Shown: positions 25,199 through 35,929 of the stretch, piece after piece
How the letters are laid out: every line of letters begins with the position of its first letter
How positions within the stretch are numbered: the stretch's first letter is position 1
Source of the DNA: a virus
Lineage: Duplodnaviria; Caudoviricetes
Direction: 5' to 3' (one strand)
Length of the DNA stretch: 64,000 nt
Virus record (IMG/VR): IMGVR_UViG_3300028797_000101
Coordinates: 1 to 64,000 of that record
Notes under the pieces: generated by a model
The model's database searches: none
The model's input: the letters and a program-made list of their open reading frames with translations, nothing else
Told to the model about the DNA's origin: nothing
Translations under genes and position numbers: made by a program

Positions 25199-28100
25199 AT
25201 GGCAGACAATCCTAATACATACAACTTTGGAAGATTCATAACTACAGACGACACAGGAGGAAGTAGTAGCACAAGTTCACAAAATACTAATTCTAATTCT
25301 TCTGATAATCTATGGAGTTTGGTAGACAAAATAATGAAATCCTCTCAGTCCATGGAGAAGAGTCTTGCAGCTATGCAGAAATCCATGGTAGGTATGTCAC
25401 AGTCTGGCGCTAGAGATAGAATGTTCGGCGAATCTGCAACACATTTTCGTGATGCAGCATCTACTAAGTCTGGCTACACAATGGGAAGCACTCTGTTTGA
25501 CAAACCTCTGGATAAGTTTCTGGATTCCTTTGAGGAAACACTTCTCAAATCGTTAGTAAGTACATCATTCAAGAATAAGCTGAATACGGCAATGAGCACG
25601 TTTGCTACAGCTCTTGGGACTAACCTTGAAGGTCTTCCTAAGGAAGTAGGTAAGCAACTTGCACGTAACGTAGCGCGATCTCAAAGATTTCAAAATCTTT
25701 CAGGGAGTGTTAATAAGGTATCTAACAAAGCATTTAGTAAAGTACAAAACGTATTTTATCAAGGCGTGCAACAGTATCAAGCAACACAAGGTGCGACAGG
25801 TATCAATTATGTAAACACTCTCAAGAACATTGGTCAGAATATTGGTACTGGAAATTTTGCAAAGGTTGCAGAGCTTGCGAAGACTTCTGGTCTTGCAAAT
25901 GCAGCTATGGCCGGATTCGCCAAAACAGCTATCGCATTTGGGCCATATGCAATAGCTGCAGTAGTAGCTATAAAAGCTCTTTCAAAAGCGATTGGACCTG
26001 CTGTTGACGGTTTTAAGTCGCTTACAAAAGGCATCTCACAAGCAGCTAACAGAGAGCAAGAAAGTCGTAAGAAGAATCTGGAGTACGAGAAGCAGCGTAT
26101 TGCAGAAGATGTCAACACTCTTATCAAAGAACCATTTGAGATCCTCAAAGATGCTGCTCAAAAAGTATATGATGCTTGGGACACTAATCTACGTGTCATA
26201 ACTGCTACACAAGGATACAACAAGTCTGATCTACAGGATCTCTTGTCTGCATATTCTGAGCGTCTTAGAGGTTCCGGACTAACAGATGTAGTTGCAAGCT
26301 CAAGTATCATTGAAAATCTTGCATCAGTTCTTAAATCTGGATTGAGCGGAGCTATTGCAGAAGAGTTCGCTTATCAAGCAACTATCCTCAATGCTGCGAT
26401 ACCTACACAAGACTTCTTCTCGTATGCAGCAACATATTCTTCTATCGCAGCAAATGCTGTGAAGAACGGAATGTCAAATGCAGAGGCCATTGCAGCTGCT
26501 AACCGAAGCTTATCTGATTTTGCAAATAGCTTGTTATATGCAAGTAGAGAGCTTTCAGGAGGATTTACAACAGGTCTTCAGAATGCAGAGCACCTTTACA
26601 CAAATGCTGCAAAGATTGCACAAGCTGCAAGAACTGGTAACACAGCTGAGATTGCAGGAGTGCTTACATCTGTATCGGCTATTGTCGGTGCCATTGCACC
26701 TGACCTTGCGAACTCTTTAACAGACGCAATATACTCAGCTGCTACTGGTGGTAATGCTTCCTCGCTTGTAGCTCTTAGATCGCTTGCCGGAGTAAACGCT
26801 TCCAACACAGAGTTCTTACAAGCTCTTGCAACTAATCCTAAACAAGTCTTCTCTAACTTGTTTAAGAATCTTTCTGCTATGTATACATCTTCAGGTGACG
26901 CATACATGGAGAAGGCGGAAGGTTATGCAGAGCTCTTCGGATTGTCTGCAGAAGCATTTCAGAGGATAGATTTTAACTACTTAGCTGATGCAATCTCTGC
27001 TATGAATACATCAAGCGATGCGCTTGAGCAGAATCTTAATTTGCTCGTTTCAGGACAAACTACACTTACAAAAGAGCAGTTAGTTAACAGGCAGATTAAT
27101 CAGTACATGCTAGAAGAAGGTCTAACATATGTGCTGGACAACGCTGCAGCTCGATCTATTCAAGAGCACATGTGGGAGGAGCAGATTGCTAGAGAGCTCA
27201 TGGAGGCTCAATACGGAGTAGAACTTAGAGGTGCTGGTTTACAGTTCCTGGAAGGAATTGTGACAACTGTACAGAATATCTTGAATTTACTCAATCCTAT
27301 CTCTTGGCTAAAGAAAGCTGCAAATGTTGTAGGAACTGGTGCAGAATCTGTAGCACTTAGAGCAGACATCGCAAAGGTTCTTGAGCTAGGCAAAGTAGGT
27401 GCTGGAAATGCTGGTGTGCTTAAAAACTTAACATCAACCAACCAAAATCTACGATTAGCTACAAGCCTAGTAGAACTTTTAGGCGGATCTTCATCTTATT
27501 CTGTAGTAAGTAATGCTAGAAATAAGGTAGTAAATACACTTAACAGCTCAATTTTTGGACTTCTTGGATCAGCTATTGGCGCGAACGCTTATTCAACGTC
27601 AGATTTTACACGAAATCTTGTAAACACAGTGCTTGTGAACAGCGCAACTTCGGGCATAGGAAAAGGTGTAGGATCTTCTGGCGGAATGTATAGATGGGGA
27701 ATGATTTCTAAGTCCTCAAGTAATGCAGTTGCTTCTTATTTACAAGGGCTTGCAGGACTATCAGGACTTGAAAGTGCTATCGTAGCTTCTACAGCATCTT
27801 CACCTACTTCTACATCACAAGCAGGTCTTCAAGCTAAGCTCCAGAAGATGATGTCTGATGAGTACATGAAGAACTTCATAAATGATACTACTCACAAGTC
27901 TTACGAGGAGTGGGCAGCATCTGCTAAACAGCTCGGTATCACAGATTTCGCTAAAGCTGTTGAAGCTGCAGGGTACACAGAGAACCAGATGAAGATGTTC
28001 TACGAAGGCAAAGAAACAGAAGCTGGTGCAGCTGCACAACATGAAGAGAAAGAACATCAGTATAAATTTAGAGAAACTGGAATGGATTTCTGGTCTAACA

Positions 28101-28618
28101 AATTCCCGAATGAATTCCAAGATCCTCTATTCGCTTTACTCACAACAACAAACGACTTGCTTTCAATAAACAATGCAACACTTGCAGATATCTTGTTACG
28201 GCATGACACATGGTTAGAGAATTGGAGTGCCTTCAAGTCATCTGATAGACGTAGTTGGGACGTGTTCTTCGACAACATGATAGCATATGGCGAGAAGATA
28301 AAGGAGCATACAAAGAACTTTGCTGATTACTTCATTCGTCATATTTACTATGATGCTTCTGGCTACAATTACTCAAGTGTCCTTGAGATACAGCAGAAGG
28401 AAAGATCTGAATCAGGAGATGCTATCTACGCACTTGCTGAAGCATTGTCCAAGAACACAGTAGACCTGAAAGATCCTGCAGTACAGACCAATGCAATACT
28501 TGCAGAGATCCTTAAGGTTGTAAATGCTATCATGACACAAAACAACAACACGGCCGGAGCTGTATCCTTATCCGATACGCTTGCAGCATTATCAATGGGA
28601 ATAACACACACCGTGTAA
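25199..28618 (+). CDS. Tape measure protein
   Basis: ~1140 aa, Ala/Ser/Leu-rich and helical; follows the chaperone pair; ATG 25199 after GGAGG. Confidence 0.75.
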   Translation: MADNPNTYNFGRFITTDDTGGSSSTSSQNTNSNSSDNLWSLVDKIMKSSQSMEKSLAAMQKSMVGMSQSGARDRMFGESATHFRDAASTKSGYTMGSTLFDKPLDKFLDSFEETLLKSLVSTSFKNKLNTAMSTFATALGTNLEGLPKEVGKQLARNVARSQRFQNLSGSVNKVSNKAFSKVQNVFYQGVQQYQATQGATGINYVNTLKNIGQNIGTGNFAKVAELAKTSGLANAAMAGFAKTAIAFGPYAIAAVVAIKALSKAIGPAVDGFKSLTKGISQAANREQESRKKNLEYEKQRIAEDVNTLIKEPFEILKDAAQKVYDAWDTNLRVITATQGYNKSDLQDLLSAYSERLRGSGLTDVVASSSIIENLASVLKSGLSGAIAEEFAYQATILNAAIPTQDFFSYAATYSSIAANAVKNGMSNAEAIAAANRSLSDFANSLLYASRELSGGFTTGLQNAEHLYTNAAKIAQAARTGNTAEIAGVLTSVSAIVGAIAPDLANSLTDAIYSAATGGNASSLVALRSLAGVNASNTEFLQALATNPKQVFSNLFKNLSAMYTSSGDAYMEKAEGYAELFGLSAEAFQRIDFNYLADAISAMNTSSDALEQNLNLLVSGQTTLTKEQLVNRQINQYMLEEGLTYVLDNAAARSIQEHMWEEQIARELMEAQYGVELRGAGLQFLEGIVTTVQNILNLLNPISWLKKAANVVGTGAESVALRADIAKVLELGKVGAGNAGVLKNLTSTNQNLRLATSLVELLGGSSSYSVVSNARNKVVNTLNSSIFGLLGSAIGANAYSTSDFTRNLVNTVLVNSATSGIGKGVGSSGGMYRWGMISKSSSNAVASYLQGLAGLSGLESAIVASTASSPTSTSQAGLQAKLQKMMSDEYMKNFINDTTHKSYEEWAASAKQLGITDFAKAVEAAGYTENQMKMFYEGKETEAGAAAQHEEKEHQYKFRETGMDFWSNKFPNEFQDPLFALLTTTNDLLSINNATLADILLRHDTWLENWSAFKSSDRRSWDVFFDNMIAYGEKIKEHTKNFADYFIRHIYYDASGYNYSSVLEIQQKERSESGDAIYALAEALSKNTVDLKDPAVQTNAILAEILKVVNAIMTQNNNTAGAVSLSDTLAALSMGITHTV

Positions 28619-28659
28619 CGCACCTTGTATATGTTCAATCTCAGTAGGAGGAAGTCTAT

Positions 28660-31311
28660 ATGAATCTTATTGCTTTTCCTGTTAGTACTACTAACTTATT
28701 TCCTATCGCAAACAGTCATGCGGGAGGCCAACTTTTAACTGAATTTAATCTCAGATCTAGAGAAAGTGTAAACACAGACTCTTCTGTAGAATACATGATA
28801 GGCCCATCTTACACACATTCAGATAGAGATTTCGCAGTTACTTTACAGTCTGATGCTTCTGGCGTAGCTATCAGCAGTACTGCACTTCAGATAGCTCCTG
28901 GTAGAGCTCTTGTAAATGGTCACTACGTTGAATCCCTTGCTGATATTGTAATAGATATTGCTGAGTGCAATGCAAAGCTTCGCCAGGATGGACTTCCTGT
29001 ACTGAAAGGAAATCTGACCATCGGTCTAAGAATCATGTATAGCACAGAGACGACGATGTCAGGTTCCATGCTAGTTGAGAATGCTGCAAACATGTATGCA
29101 GGTGTACAGGTAGTTATACTTCCTACTGAGGGTGAAGTAGGGACTAAGTTTACACTTCCTTCAGATTCACCCACAGACATCACAAAAGTAAATGCCCACT
29201 TGAAGCTAGCTACATTTTCATTCGTACAGGGCAGCATTGCAAGTACTAGCATTGTATCCAATCCGAACAAGTCGAAGGTAGTTGCTGCAGATAAGATCAG
29301 CAATGTAGCAGATCTCATATCCGAAGTATACATCAAGAAAACAGGCCTCAATCCTAAGAAGATCTACACATTCTCCGGAAAGGGCACAGATCCTGCTACG
29401 GGATATGACACATGGTGCGATTCTACGGATAGCTTGATAGTTTGGGACGAAACGCCTGACTTACAAACTGGCGCATATCCTGGAGTAGGTCAAGCAATGT
29501 TTGATTACAATCCTATAACAGGGAAAACTGTTCTCCATCTTCCTCATAAGCAGCCAGACGGAATGTCTGCAACCGATGGTACTCCTCAGTATTATGCCGA
29601 TAAGCTCGTTGAGCTGCCTGTTGCAAAATACGGAACCAATGTAGGCGGTACAGTAGACAAGAACTTCATCTCAAGTATAAAAGCAATCGATCAAAAGATT
29701 CAAAATTTCTATAGACTTCCTCAAGGCGAGCTCAAGTACTATTATTCCGAAGTTCTTGCAGATAGAAAAGATCTTCCTCCTATCTACGGTAACAACAATT
29801 GGAGTGTCGGTGATTACGTTCTTGTAGGACAAGATGCAACTACTGGAGTAGATGGATCACTTAACCGCTTGCCTGCAACATTGTATGTAGTGCTTCCAGG
29901 TGCTGTAGCATCACTCAGCTATACAGGTGATACTACTTCTGATGATGCAGTACCTGCTGAACTTGTAGATGGGGTAGAACTTGGCCGCTACGAGATGGCT
30001 TCTGATTCCTTTGACCCAACCGACGTAACTACTGTAGAAGGTTTCTGGGATTTCACAGAAGGATTTTACAGAGGTGTTGTAGGAAAAGATTACTTCAGAG
30101 TGCAGAACACAGTAAGTGACGTAACGACATATTACTTCTACGCAGTAGCAACTACAGATAGAAAAGTTTATTCTGATCCTGTTTGGATAACTGCAGAAAT
30201 TCCTCTTGCACAAGAAACAGCTATTGGAGGATTCTTAAATGTACCTGAAACCGCATTAGGTTACGGATACATATACAGGACTAATGAAGGATATCTCAGA
30301 TTACTTGACTACGATCTTCTAGTTACCGGTGTTCTTGCATATCAGCTTGGTCAGGATTACACAATTCCTGCAGGTCTCAGCATTGCTGAAATACAAACCA
30401 ATCTTGATGATCATGTGAATCAGAGAGTATGCTTCCCTAACACACAGCAGCAACAGAACGCAGAGACTCCTAACATCATAAATGTTTACATTGATTTGTC
30501 CGAAGAATCTGAAGTAACAAATCTCTACATACACGATATCGATAGCAGGTTCGGTGCGATCTTGTATCTGCATTTCACAGGTGAAGCTAATTCTAACACA
30601 ATCATAAATATTTCTAATTGTGAAAAGGTTAGACTTGATATCTCCTGCCTCGGCAATCCGATCTTCAATCTGTATCGAAGCAATCTCTATTATGACTCTA
30701 CTATACTCGACAGACTCACAATCATAGAGGACTTGGAGCTCTGGTATCAGAGATTTACACTTGATGATCCAGATATACTTGTAGACGGTATGACGGTTGA
30801 ACTTGTAGGAAGACCTGATGCAATCATGGGAGAGAACTACTGGACCGTAGATGCACCTAATGATAACCATTATCTCTACGCACTGAAGTCAATCACATTC
30901 GCAAATGACGGCACAGTAATCAGATGTTCGCTGTTAGTTGCAGATGATGTAACTGCTAACGTAGCGGAAGGAAAATACATCTCCGCATTTGAATTCAAAC
31001 TTCCGCAGGGCTTGTCCTTAACTTATCCTGTAACAAGATTGTCTCGCCAGCTCAAGGTTACAGGTTCGTTCGTAACTGCATATCCTATCAGTTCCGTTTC
31101 TGAAGAAGGATACATAGTTAAAGATACAAATTTCACAGCAGTAACTCAAGCGTATACACAGAATGATATAAATGAATATGTAAGCGGTACAATCGCTTTC
31201 TACACAGTAGTTACTACTTGTACAAATGTTTCAGGCGTATCTTCTACACAGACCATTGACGGTTGGGAGAGCGGAGAGTTCCATATTTTCTCAGGAGGTA
31301 CTATTGAATGA
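28660..31311 (+). CDS. Large baseplate/tail structural protein
   Basis: LQIAPGRALVNGHYVE motif; beta-rich; in tail module; ACCTT motif upstream. Confidence 0.55.
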   Translation: MNLIAFPVSTTNLFPIANSHAGGQLLTEFNLRSRESVNTDSSVEYMIGPSYTHSDRDFAVTLQSDASGVAISSTALQIAPGRALVNGHYVESLADIVIDIAECNAKLRQDGLPVLKGNLTIGLRIMYSTETTMSGSMLVENAANMYAGVQVVILPTEGEVGTKFTLPSDSPTDITKVNAHLKLATFSFVQGSIASTSIVSNPNKSKVVAADKISNVADLISEVYIKKTGLNPKKIYTFSGKGTDPATGYDTWCDSTDSLIVWDETPDLQTGAYPGVGQAMFDYNPITGKTVLHLPHKQPDGMSATDGTPQYYADKLVELPVAKYGTNVGGTVDKNFISSIKAIDQKIQNFYRLPQGELKYYYSEVLADRKDLPPIYGNNNWSVGDYVLVGQDATTGVDGSLNRLPATLYVVLPGAVASLSYTGDTTSDDAVPAELVDGVELGRYEMASDSFDPTDVTTVEGFWDFTEGFYRGVVGKDYFRVQNTVSDVTTYYFYAVATTDRKVYSDPVWITAEIPLAQETAIGGFLNVPETALGYGYIYRTNEGYLRLLDYDLLVTGVLAYQLGQDYTIPAGLSIAEIQTNLDDHVNQRVCFPNTQQQQNAETPNIINVYIDLSEESEVTNLYIHDIDSRFGAILYLHFTGEANSNTIINISNCEKVRLDISCLGNPIFNLYRSNLYYDSTILDRLTIIEDLELWYQRFTLDDPDILVDGMTVELVGRPDAIMGENYWTVDAPNDNHYLYALKSITFANDGTVIRCSLLVADDVTANVAEGKYISAFEFKLPQGLSLTYPVTRLSRQLKVTGSFVTAYPISSVSEEGYIVKDTNFTAVTQAYTQNDINEYVSGTIAFYTVVTTCTNVSGVSSTQTIDGWESGEFHIFSGGTIE

Positions 31312-31874
31312 TCTTCAATCATGAAGTAGTCAAAATTCAATACACATATCTTGGATACTTACCGAGTTATCCTGCCCATCTCATTTCTGATGAAGAGATG
31401 TGCGAAGCCTTCTTACCTCTAGACTATCCGATAGACAATGATGCATGGGCAGGATTCTTGAATGGTGATAAGCTGTCAATGTTTAGAGACTACTATCCAC
31501 TGATGGATGAAGCACTAGAGCCCGCATACAGAGAGTTAGTATCCAACATAGCATATCATCTTACACAGTTCAAACAATCTGTTGAAGATGATAGATCCCT
31601 TCCGGATTGGGTTCTGTCTTACATGAACGGATCTGTGATAGGCCCTACAAGTGATATGCATGATATTCATGATTTACTTACATTACTCGGAATTGACATC
31701 ATGGATGAAGAATTTACAAAAGAAGCTAGCAGTGAATGTTATGAAGTTAGCAAGAAGTGGCTACGGAAGTTACCATCTTCTCAACTAGATCATCGTTCTC
31801 CTTCCATGTTTGGTGCTCCGCATGTAATTAAGTCCCTGAGATTGTCTTCTACAGAAATGCGATGGGAGGCGTAA
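31308..31874 (+). CDS. Hypothetical protein (tail module)
   Basis: ATGA overlap with upstream gene. Confidence 0.6.
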   Translation: MIFNHEVVKIQYTYLGYLPSYPAHLISDEEMCEAFLPLDYPIDNDAWAGFLNGDKLSMFRDYYPLMDEALEPAYRELVSNIAYHLTQFKQSVEDDRSLPDWVLSYMNGSVIGPTSDMHDIHDLLTLLGIDIMDEEFTKEASSECYEVSKKWLRKLPSSQLDHRSPSMFGAPHVIKSLRLSSTEMRWEA

Positions 31875-31877
31875 GTT

Positions 31878-32882
31878 ATGCAACTTTTACATGTTACTTC
31901 AAAAACTACATTAGCTGATATAACAGAAGCTGTTGGCTCTAGAAATGTAGAAGAAGTTTTACATATAAATAACATACCGAGAACTCCTAATGCAGGAAAA
32001 GCTTTCATTGACCAATGTGCTTCTGCAATAGAAGGAGTTCCAAACGTACCTTGGCAGAAGAAGAGTACTGTCCTTAATCAGCTTGCTACAGATTCTGATA
32101 TATTCGAGACGGGTGCACTTGCGAGTTCTTCAGCTTGGAGAACCATGATAGTAACAGGGACATTTCCTTACTACGTGAAGATACCAGAATCTGTAAGACT
32201 TCCAGACTCTGTGAATTTGCTAGGAAATGGAAAACCGGTTCCCGAGCAAATTTACAAGAAGACGATGCACTATCTTGAAACTCCGCCGCACTCAGTAGAT
32301 CCGGAAATCTTCAATGAATACAGTTCGTTGAAACCTTCTAAGCTGATTGACCTCATCTCGAATACCACAGATCCATTTCCTGGATTCAAGATACCTTGGG
32401 GTGAAGTATCCCTTTATTCGTCACTTGCAAATGAACGAGTAGACTTCCCAGTGTATCCGGAAACCGTGTCAGATAGCAGAAAAGCAAACTTCACACAGAT
32501 GCCTGATATGCTTTATCAATATGAACCTTGGCAGATATACACATCCTCAGGACCTAGATCCAACACATATGTATTTGATTTTCATAGAGATATGTGGAAC
32601 GGAGATCACAGAGACGGAATGGCTAATAAGCTGATAAGATTCTGCGAAGCTAACTGCTACCCAGAGTATCATGGATCTGCTGTATACACCTCACAAGTAT
32701 CTCTGCTTATTCGCGGAAAAGTATTGATAACAGGTGTTATGACAGATGTAAGCACAGAGTGGGATGGACCTATTGGATTAGACGGATGGTATCTTCACTG
32801 TAAGTTGTCTATAACAATAACAGAAGTTTCTGATGTTCCTCTTGATTTCACTACCATCAGAAACAAAGGAATAATAGAATAA
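31878..32882 (+). CDS. Baseplate tube-initiator-like protein with LysM-like N-terminus
   Basis: FPVYPE.VSDS..ANF...YEP...Y..SGPR...F...YPEY...L..G....GVMT.VS..W pattern. Confidence 0.6.
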   Translation: MQLLHVTSKTTLADITEAVGSRNVEEVLHINNIPRTPNAGKAFIDQCASAIEGVPNVPWQKKSTVLNQLATDSDIFETGALASSSAWRTMIVTGTFPYYVKIPESVRLPDSVNLLGNGKPVPEQIYKKTMHYLETPPHSVDPEIFNEYSSLKPSKLIDLISNTTDPFPGFKIPWGEVSLYSSLANERVDFPVYPETVSDSRKANFTQMPDMLYQYEPWQIYTSSGPRSNTYVFDFHRDMWNGDHRDGMANKLIRFCEANCYPEYHGSAVYTSQVSLLIRGKVLITGVMTDVSTEWDGPIGLDGWYLHCKLSITITEVSDVPLDFTTIRNKGIIE

Positions 32883-32891
32883 CGAGGTAAT

Positions 32892-33323
32892 GTGATGAAA
32901 ATACTAAACACATTAGAGCCTTACAAAGTATTAGACACAGAGGGTGGTATTCAATACGGTGTATGCAGAGATTTTTCACATGTATCTAGATACAGAGGTC
33001 TTCGCCAAGTAACACATTGTCCTGATGTAAGAGAAGATCGTTTCGTTGCATTTGAAACACCTAATCCGTTTACAACACATACATATGTGAAATACTATGA
33101 TGTCCCTGAATTTGAAGAAAATCGACTTGACCTTATTGCGTACAAGTTCCTCGGCGATGCAACATACTCCTGGGTGCTTGCATACTTCAATCATATTGAA
33201 GATGGATTCACAGTAAAAGAGGGTCAGAGACTTATGATTCCAAATTCTATCACAGATCTGTTCAATAAAGGAGAGATGCTTGCTCCTATCAATCCTACAA
33301 AACTCAATCTTGGAGGCGAATAA
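32892..33323 (+). CDS. Baseplate wedge LysM-like protein (T4 gp53/P2 gpX-like)
   Basis: RLDLIAYKFLGDATYSWVLAYFN...G..L.IP. Confidence 0.75.
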   Translation: MMKILNTLEPYKVLDTEGGIQYGVCRDFSHVSRYRGLRQVTHCPDVREDRFVAFETPNPFTTHTYVKYYDVPEFEENRLDLIAYKFLGDATYSWVLAYFNHIEDGFTVKEGQRLMIPNSITDLFNKGEMLAPINPTKLNLGGE

Positions 33324-33883
33324 TGAAACGATACATACGTGCATCGGAAAACATCAGACAGAACGAGTATAACACATATCTTGCTTCACACATACAGGGA
33401 GTAAATGATGTCTGGAACCAGATGCTCAGGCCTGCCGTAACAGAACATCTAGATGAATTAAATGAAGAGTTCGGCATTACAGATGAAGATATCGCTGAAT
33501 GCGATAACACAATCATGTATCATGATGCATCTAAGTATGGTGATGAAGAGTATGATGCGTATTGCAATCATTGGTACCCAACAGAGAAAACTCCTGCAGA
33601 TGAGGATGCATATGAAATAGCTTGGATACATCATAAACGCGTAAATTCTCATCATTGGCAGCATTGGCTTTCAGTTCATGATTCTGGGTCAGTTGTTCCT
33701 GTAGATATGCCAGCAAGTGATGTGTTCGAGATGCTGTGTGATTGGCATTCGTTTTCAAGACGCGATCCAAGTTCTACTGCGCCCGGGTGGTACAAGAAAC
33801 AAAAATCCAAGATGATCTTATCATCTAACACAAAGAAACTTGTCAAAGCTTTACTTCCATTCTTAAAGGAGCCGCTTAAATAA
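33323..33883 (+). CDS. Tagged HD-like metal-binding protein (DUF5662-like)
   Basis: MKRYIRAS tag; H...V...HDASK...AW.HH...N.HHWQHW...MP....EM.CDW. Confidence 0.75.
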   Translation: MKRYIRASENIRQNEYNTYLASHIQGVNDVWNQMLRPAVTEHLDELNEEFGITDEDIAECDNTIMYHDASKYGDEEYDAYCNHWYPTEKTPADEDAYEIAWIHHKRVNSHHWQHWLSVHDSGSVVPVDMPASDVFEMLCDWHSFSRRDPSSTAPGWYKKQKSKMILSSNTKKLVKALLPFLKEPLK

Positions 33884-33886
33884 CAT

Positions 33887-35341
33887 ATGAAGAAACAACC
33901 ATGGGTGTCATTTACATTATCAAATGTATCATTAACTGAATTTGGTTTGAAGATACCCTCTCCGTTTGTATCTTTAACATTGTCTAACAGTGAAATAACT
34001 TCTACTACTTCCTGGACACTAAGATGTGTAGTAGGCGGAGATGATACTAAGAAAGTGAATGTAGCTGCCTTTGAAGCATTACTATACAGCGCAGCACAAG
34101 CTATCAGTTCTTATCCAAACGCAAGCGGAATACCTGTATCTTTTGCATTTGGTTGGTTAGATGAGAAAGGCAAGATAACAGATTACTTGTCTTACCAAGG
34201 ATTCACACTCACATTCAAAGTATCAACTTCTGGGCTGTATATGCAATATGAGATAACAGGATTCGCGTCACTTGCAATACAGTGCAGTATGCCTGTTTTA
34301 CGTATACCAGAACTTACAGGGTTTGTTCAGCCCTCCGCTATCTTCTGTGCACTTGTTAAAGCAACAAAAGCTGATACATTCTATGAAATTGATGTAGATC
34401 ATACAGATGCTCCAACACTTGTTAGCCATGGCGCAATGACAACAAGTTTCAATAAGTATGTTAGAGGCTCATTCTCTGCAGAAGATAACTACGAAGAATT
34501 TCCAGGATTGCTCAAGCTTTCTAAAACATACAGCGGTTCAAGAGACTCTGCAGGTCTAAACAGTTACAAAGCAAAGAAGCTGAGTCAGGTTCTCAACAAT
34601 GCTACTCATACGCCGGTAGAAGAATTCTTAAAGTCTTCTAACACAGATCTAACTCCGCAGTGCTCTGCCTATTCCTACTGGGTAGATGAACCTACTTCTA
34701 CAAAGCTCGGAGTAATTCATTACAAGAGTAACGCGAATCTGTCAATGTCGCAGATATCTGATACACTAAGATATGGAACAAGAGATTCTAATGTGATATC
34801 ACTTCAAGGTTCCTACAATGGCGTAGCATACAACATGACAGACATGAGATTCTCTACAGTAGGATTCTCACTAGACGAAAGCGGTAACACAATTATTCAG
34901 GATGCCGAAGTAGTAAACAGCTGGAGTGCTTCACTTGCTGATGTATTCCAAACAGTTAACATAATCAATGATGTAAACGCAATAGCGTCTCAGTTCAGCG
35001 GAGATTTTACAGTAACTATTCCCGGAACAACAAAGACCTATCAAATCGCACAGCCAGTTTCGTTATTGGTTATGACGGGGAACACTTTATCGCCCGTGTC
35101 TGGAATATACAATGTGATGTCTGTTTCTCATACTATTGGAACTACATTCACAACAACACTAAAGATTCAAAGACTTGTTATGAGCTCTGCTAATGATGTC
35201 GCTTCAAGTCAGGGCATATTCATCTCAGGAAGTGGAGCTTATCCAAGAAGTGCTTATACAACTACATCTAATGTTAAGAGCACTTCTTACGTAGATTTCG
35301 GAATACTTTATCCGGATTTTACGTGTATGCAATTATCATAG
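33887..35341 (+). CDS. Baseplate hub protein (gp27/gpD-like)
   Basis: C-terminal SGIYNVMSVSHTIG..FTTTL pattern; FGW motif; position. Confidence 0.65.
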   Translation: MKKQPWVSFTLSNVSLTEFGLKIPSPFVSLTLSNSEITSTTSWTLRCVVGGDDTKKVNVAAFEALLYSAAQAISSYPNASGIPVSFAFGWLDEKGKITDYLSYQGFTLTFKVSTSGLYMQYEITGFASLAIQCSMPVLRIPELTGFVQPSAIFCALVKATKADTFYEIDVDHTDAPTLVSHGAMTTSFNKYVRGSFSAEDNYEEFPGLLKLSKTYSGSRDSAGLNSYKAKKLSQVLNNATHTPVEEFLKSSNTDLTPQCSAYSYWVDEPTSTKLGVIHYKSNANLSMSQISDTLRYGTRDSNVISLQGSYNGVAYNMTDMRFSTVGFSLDESGNTIIQDAEVVNSWSASLADVFQTVNIINDVNAIASQFSGDFTVTIPGTTKTYQIAQPVSLLVMTGNTLSPVSGIYNVMSVSHTIGTTFTTTLKIQRLVMSSANDVASSQGIFISGSGAYPRSAYTTTSNVKSTSYVDFGILYPDFTCMQLS

Positions 35342-35362
35342 AAGAAAAGCGAGGATGATAAC

Positions 35363-35923
35363 ATGATCATTGCAAACTGTGCGGTGACAAAATCAGATGC
35401 TACAATTGTAAAGTACTACGTAGACACAGAAAGATCTTCAAAATACAAGATAAATGGCGGATTATGTGCCGGTGTAGTTCTAAAGTCTACATCGGCACAA
35501 GATTTGAGTGCGTATAGCTTGTGTCCAGGCACTGTTGTTTACACAGGTGTTAATAACACAGGTGCTTATGGATGTGACCTTGGAAAGTATGTAGTGATAG
35601 TTATGTACAATAGGTACAACGCTGTAATGTATTCAGGCCTCACATCTCTAAATGTGAAGATCATTGACAAGCTAAACAAAGGCGATAAGCTAGGATCTTG
35701 CAAGAGCATCTTGGTTTCCTATCTTTCCAAAGAGAACGCCTTATGGGCTGTCCGTCTTGACAGCCAAACAACCTGGTACAAGCATGATCCACTTGATATA
35801 CTTCAATCTGGATATGAAGCAACATTCATGTCTATCGACATTCCTGAAGAATCTTCGGAAGACGATCCCGGAGAAGGACTCAATCCTGAAGCTGATTACA
35901 CTTTATCAAACAACCAAGGGTGA
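35363..35923 (+). CDS. Degenerate M23-like tail protein
   Basis: GTVVY.G...G.YV.I......Y..L....V......KG..LG scaffold without the Zn-binding His residues. Confidence 0.4.
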   Translation: MIIANCAVTKSDATIVKYYVDTERSSKYKINGGLCAGVVLKSTSAQDLSAYSLCPGTVVYTGVNNTGAYGCDLGKYVVIVMYNRYNAVMYSGLTSLNVKIIDKLNKGDKLGSCKSILVSYLSKENALWAVRLDSQTTWYKHDPLDILQSGYEATFMSIDIPEESSEDDPGEGLNPEADYTLSNNQG

Positions 35924-35929
35924 TAAACA

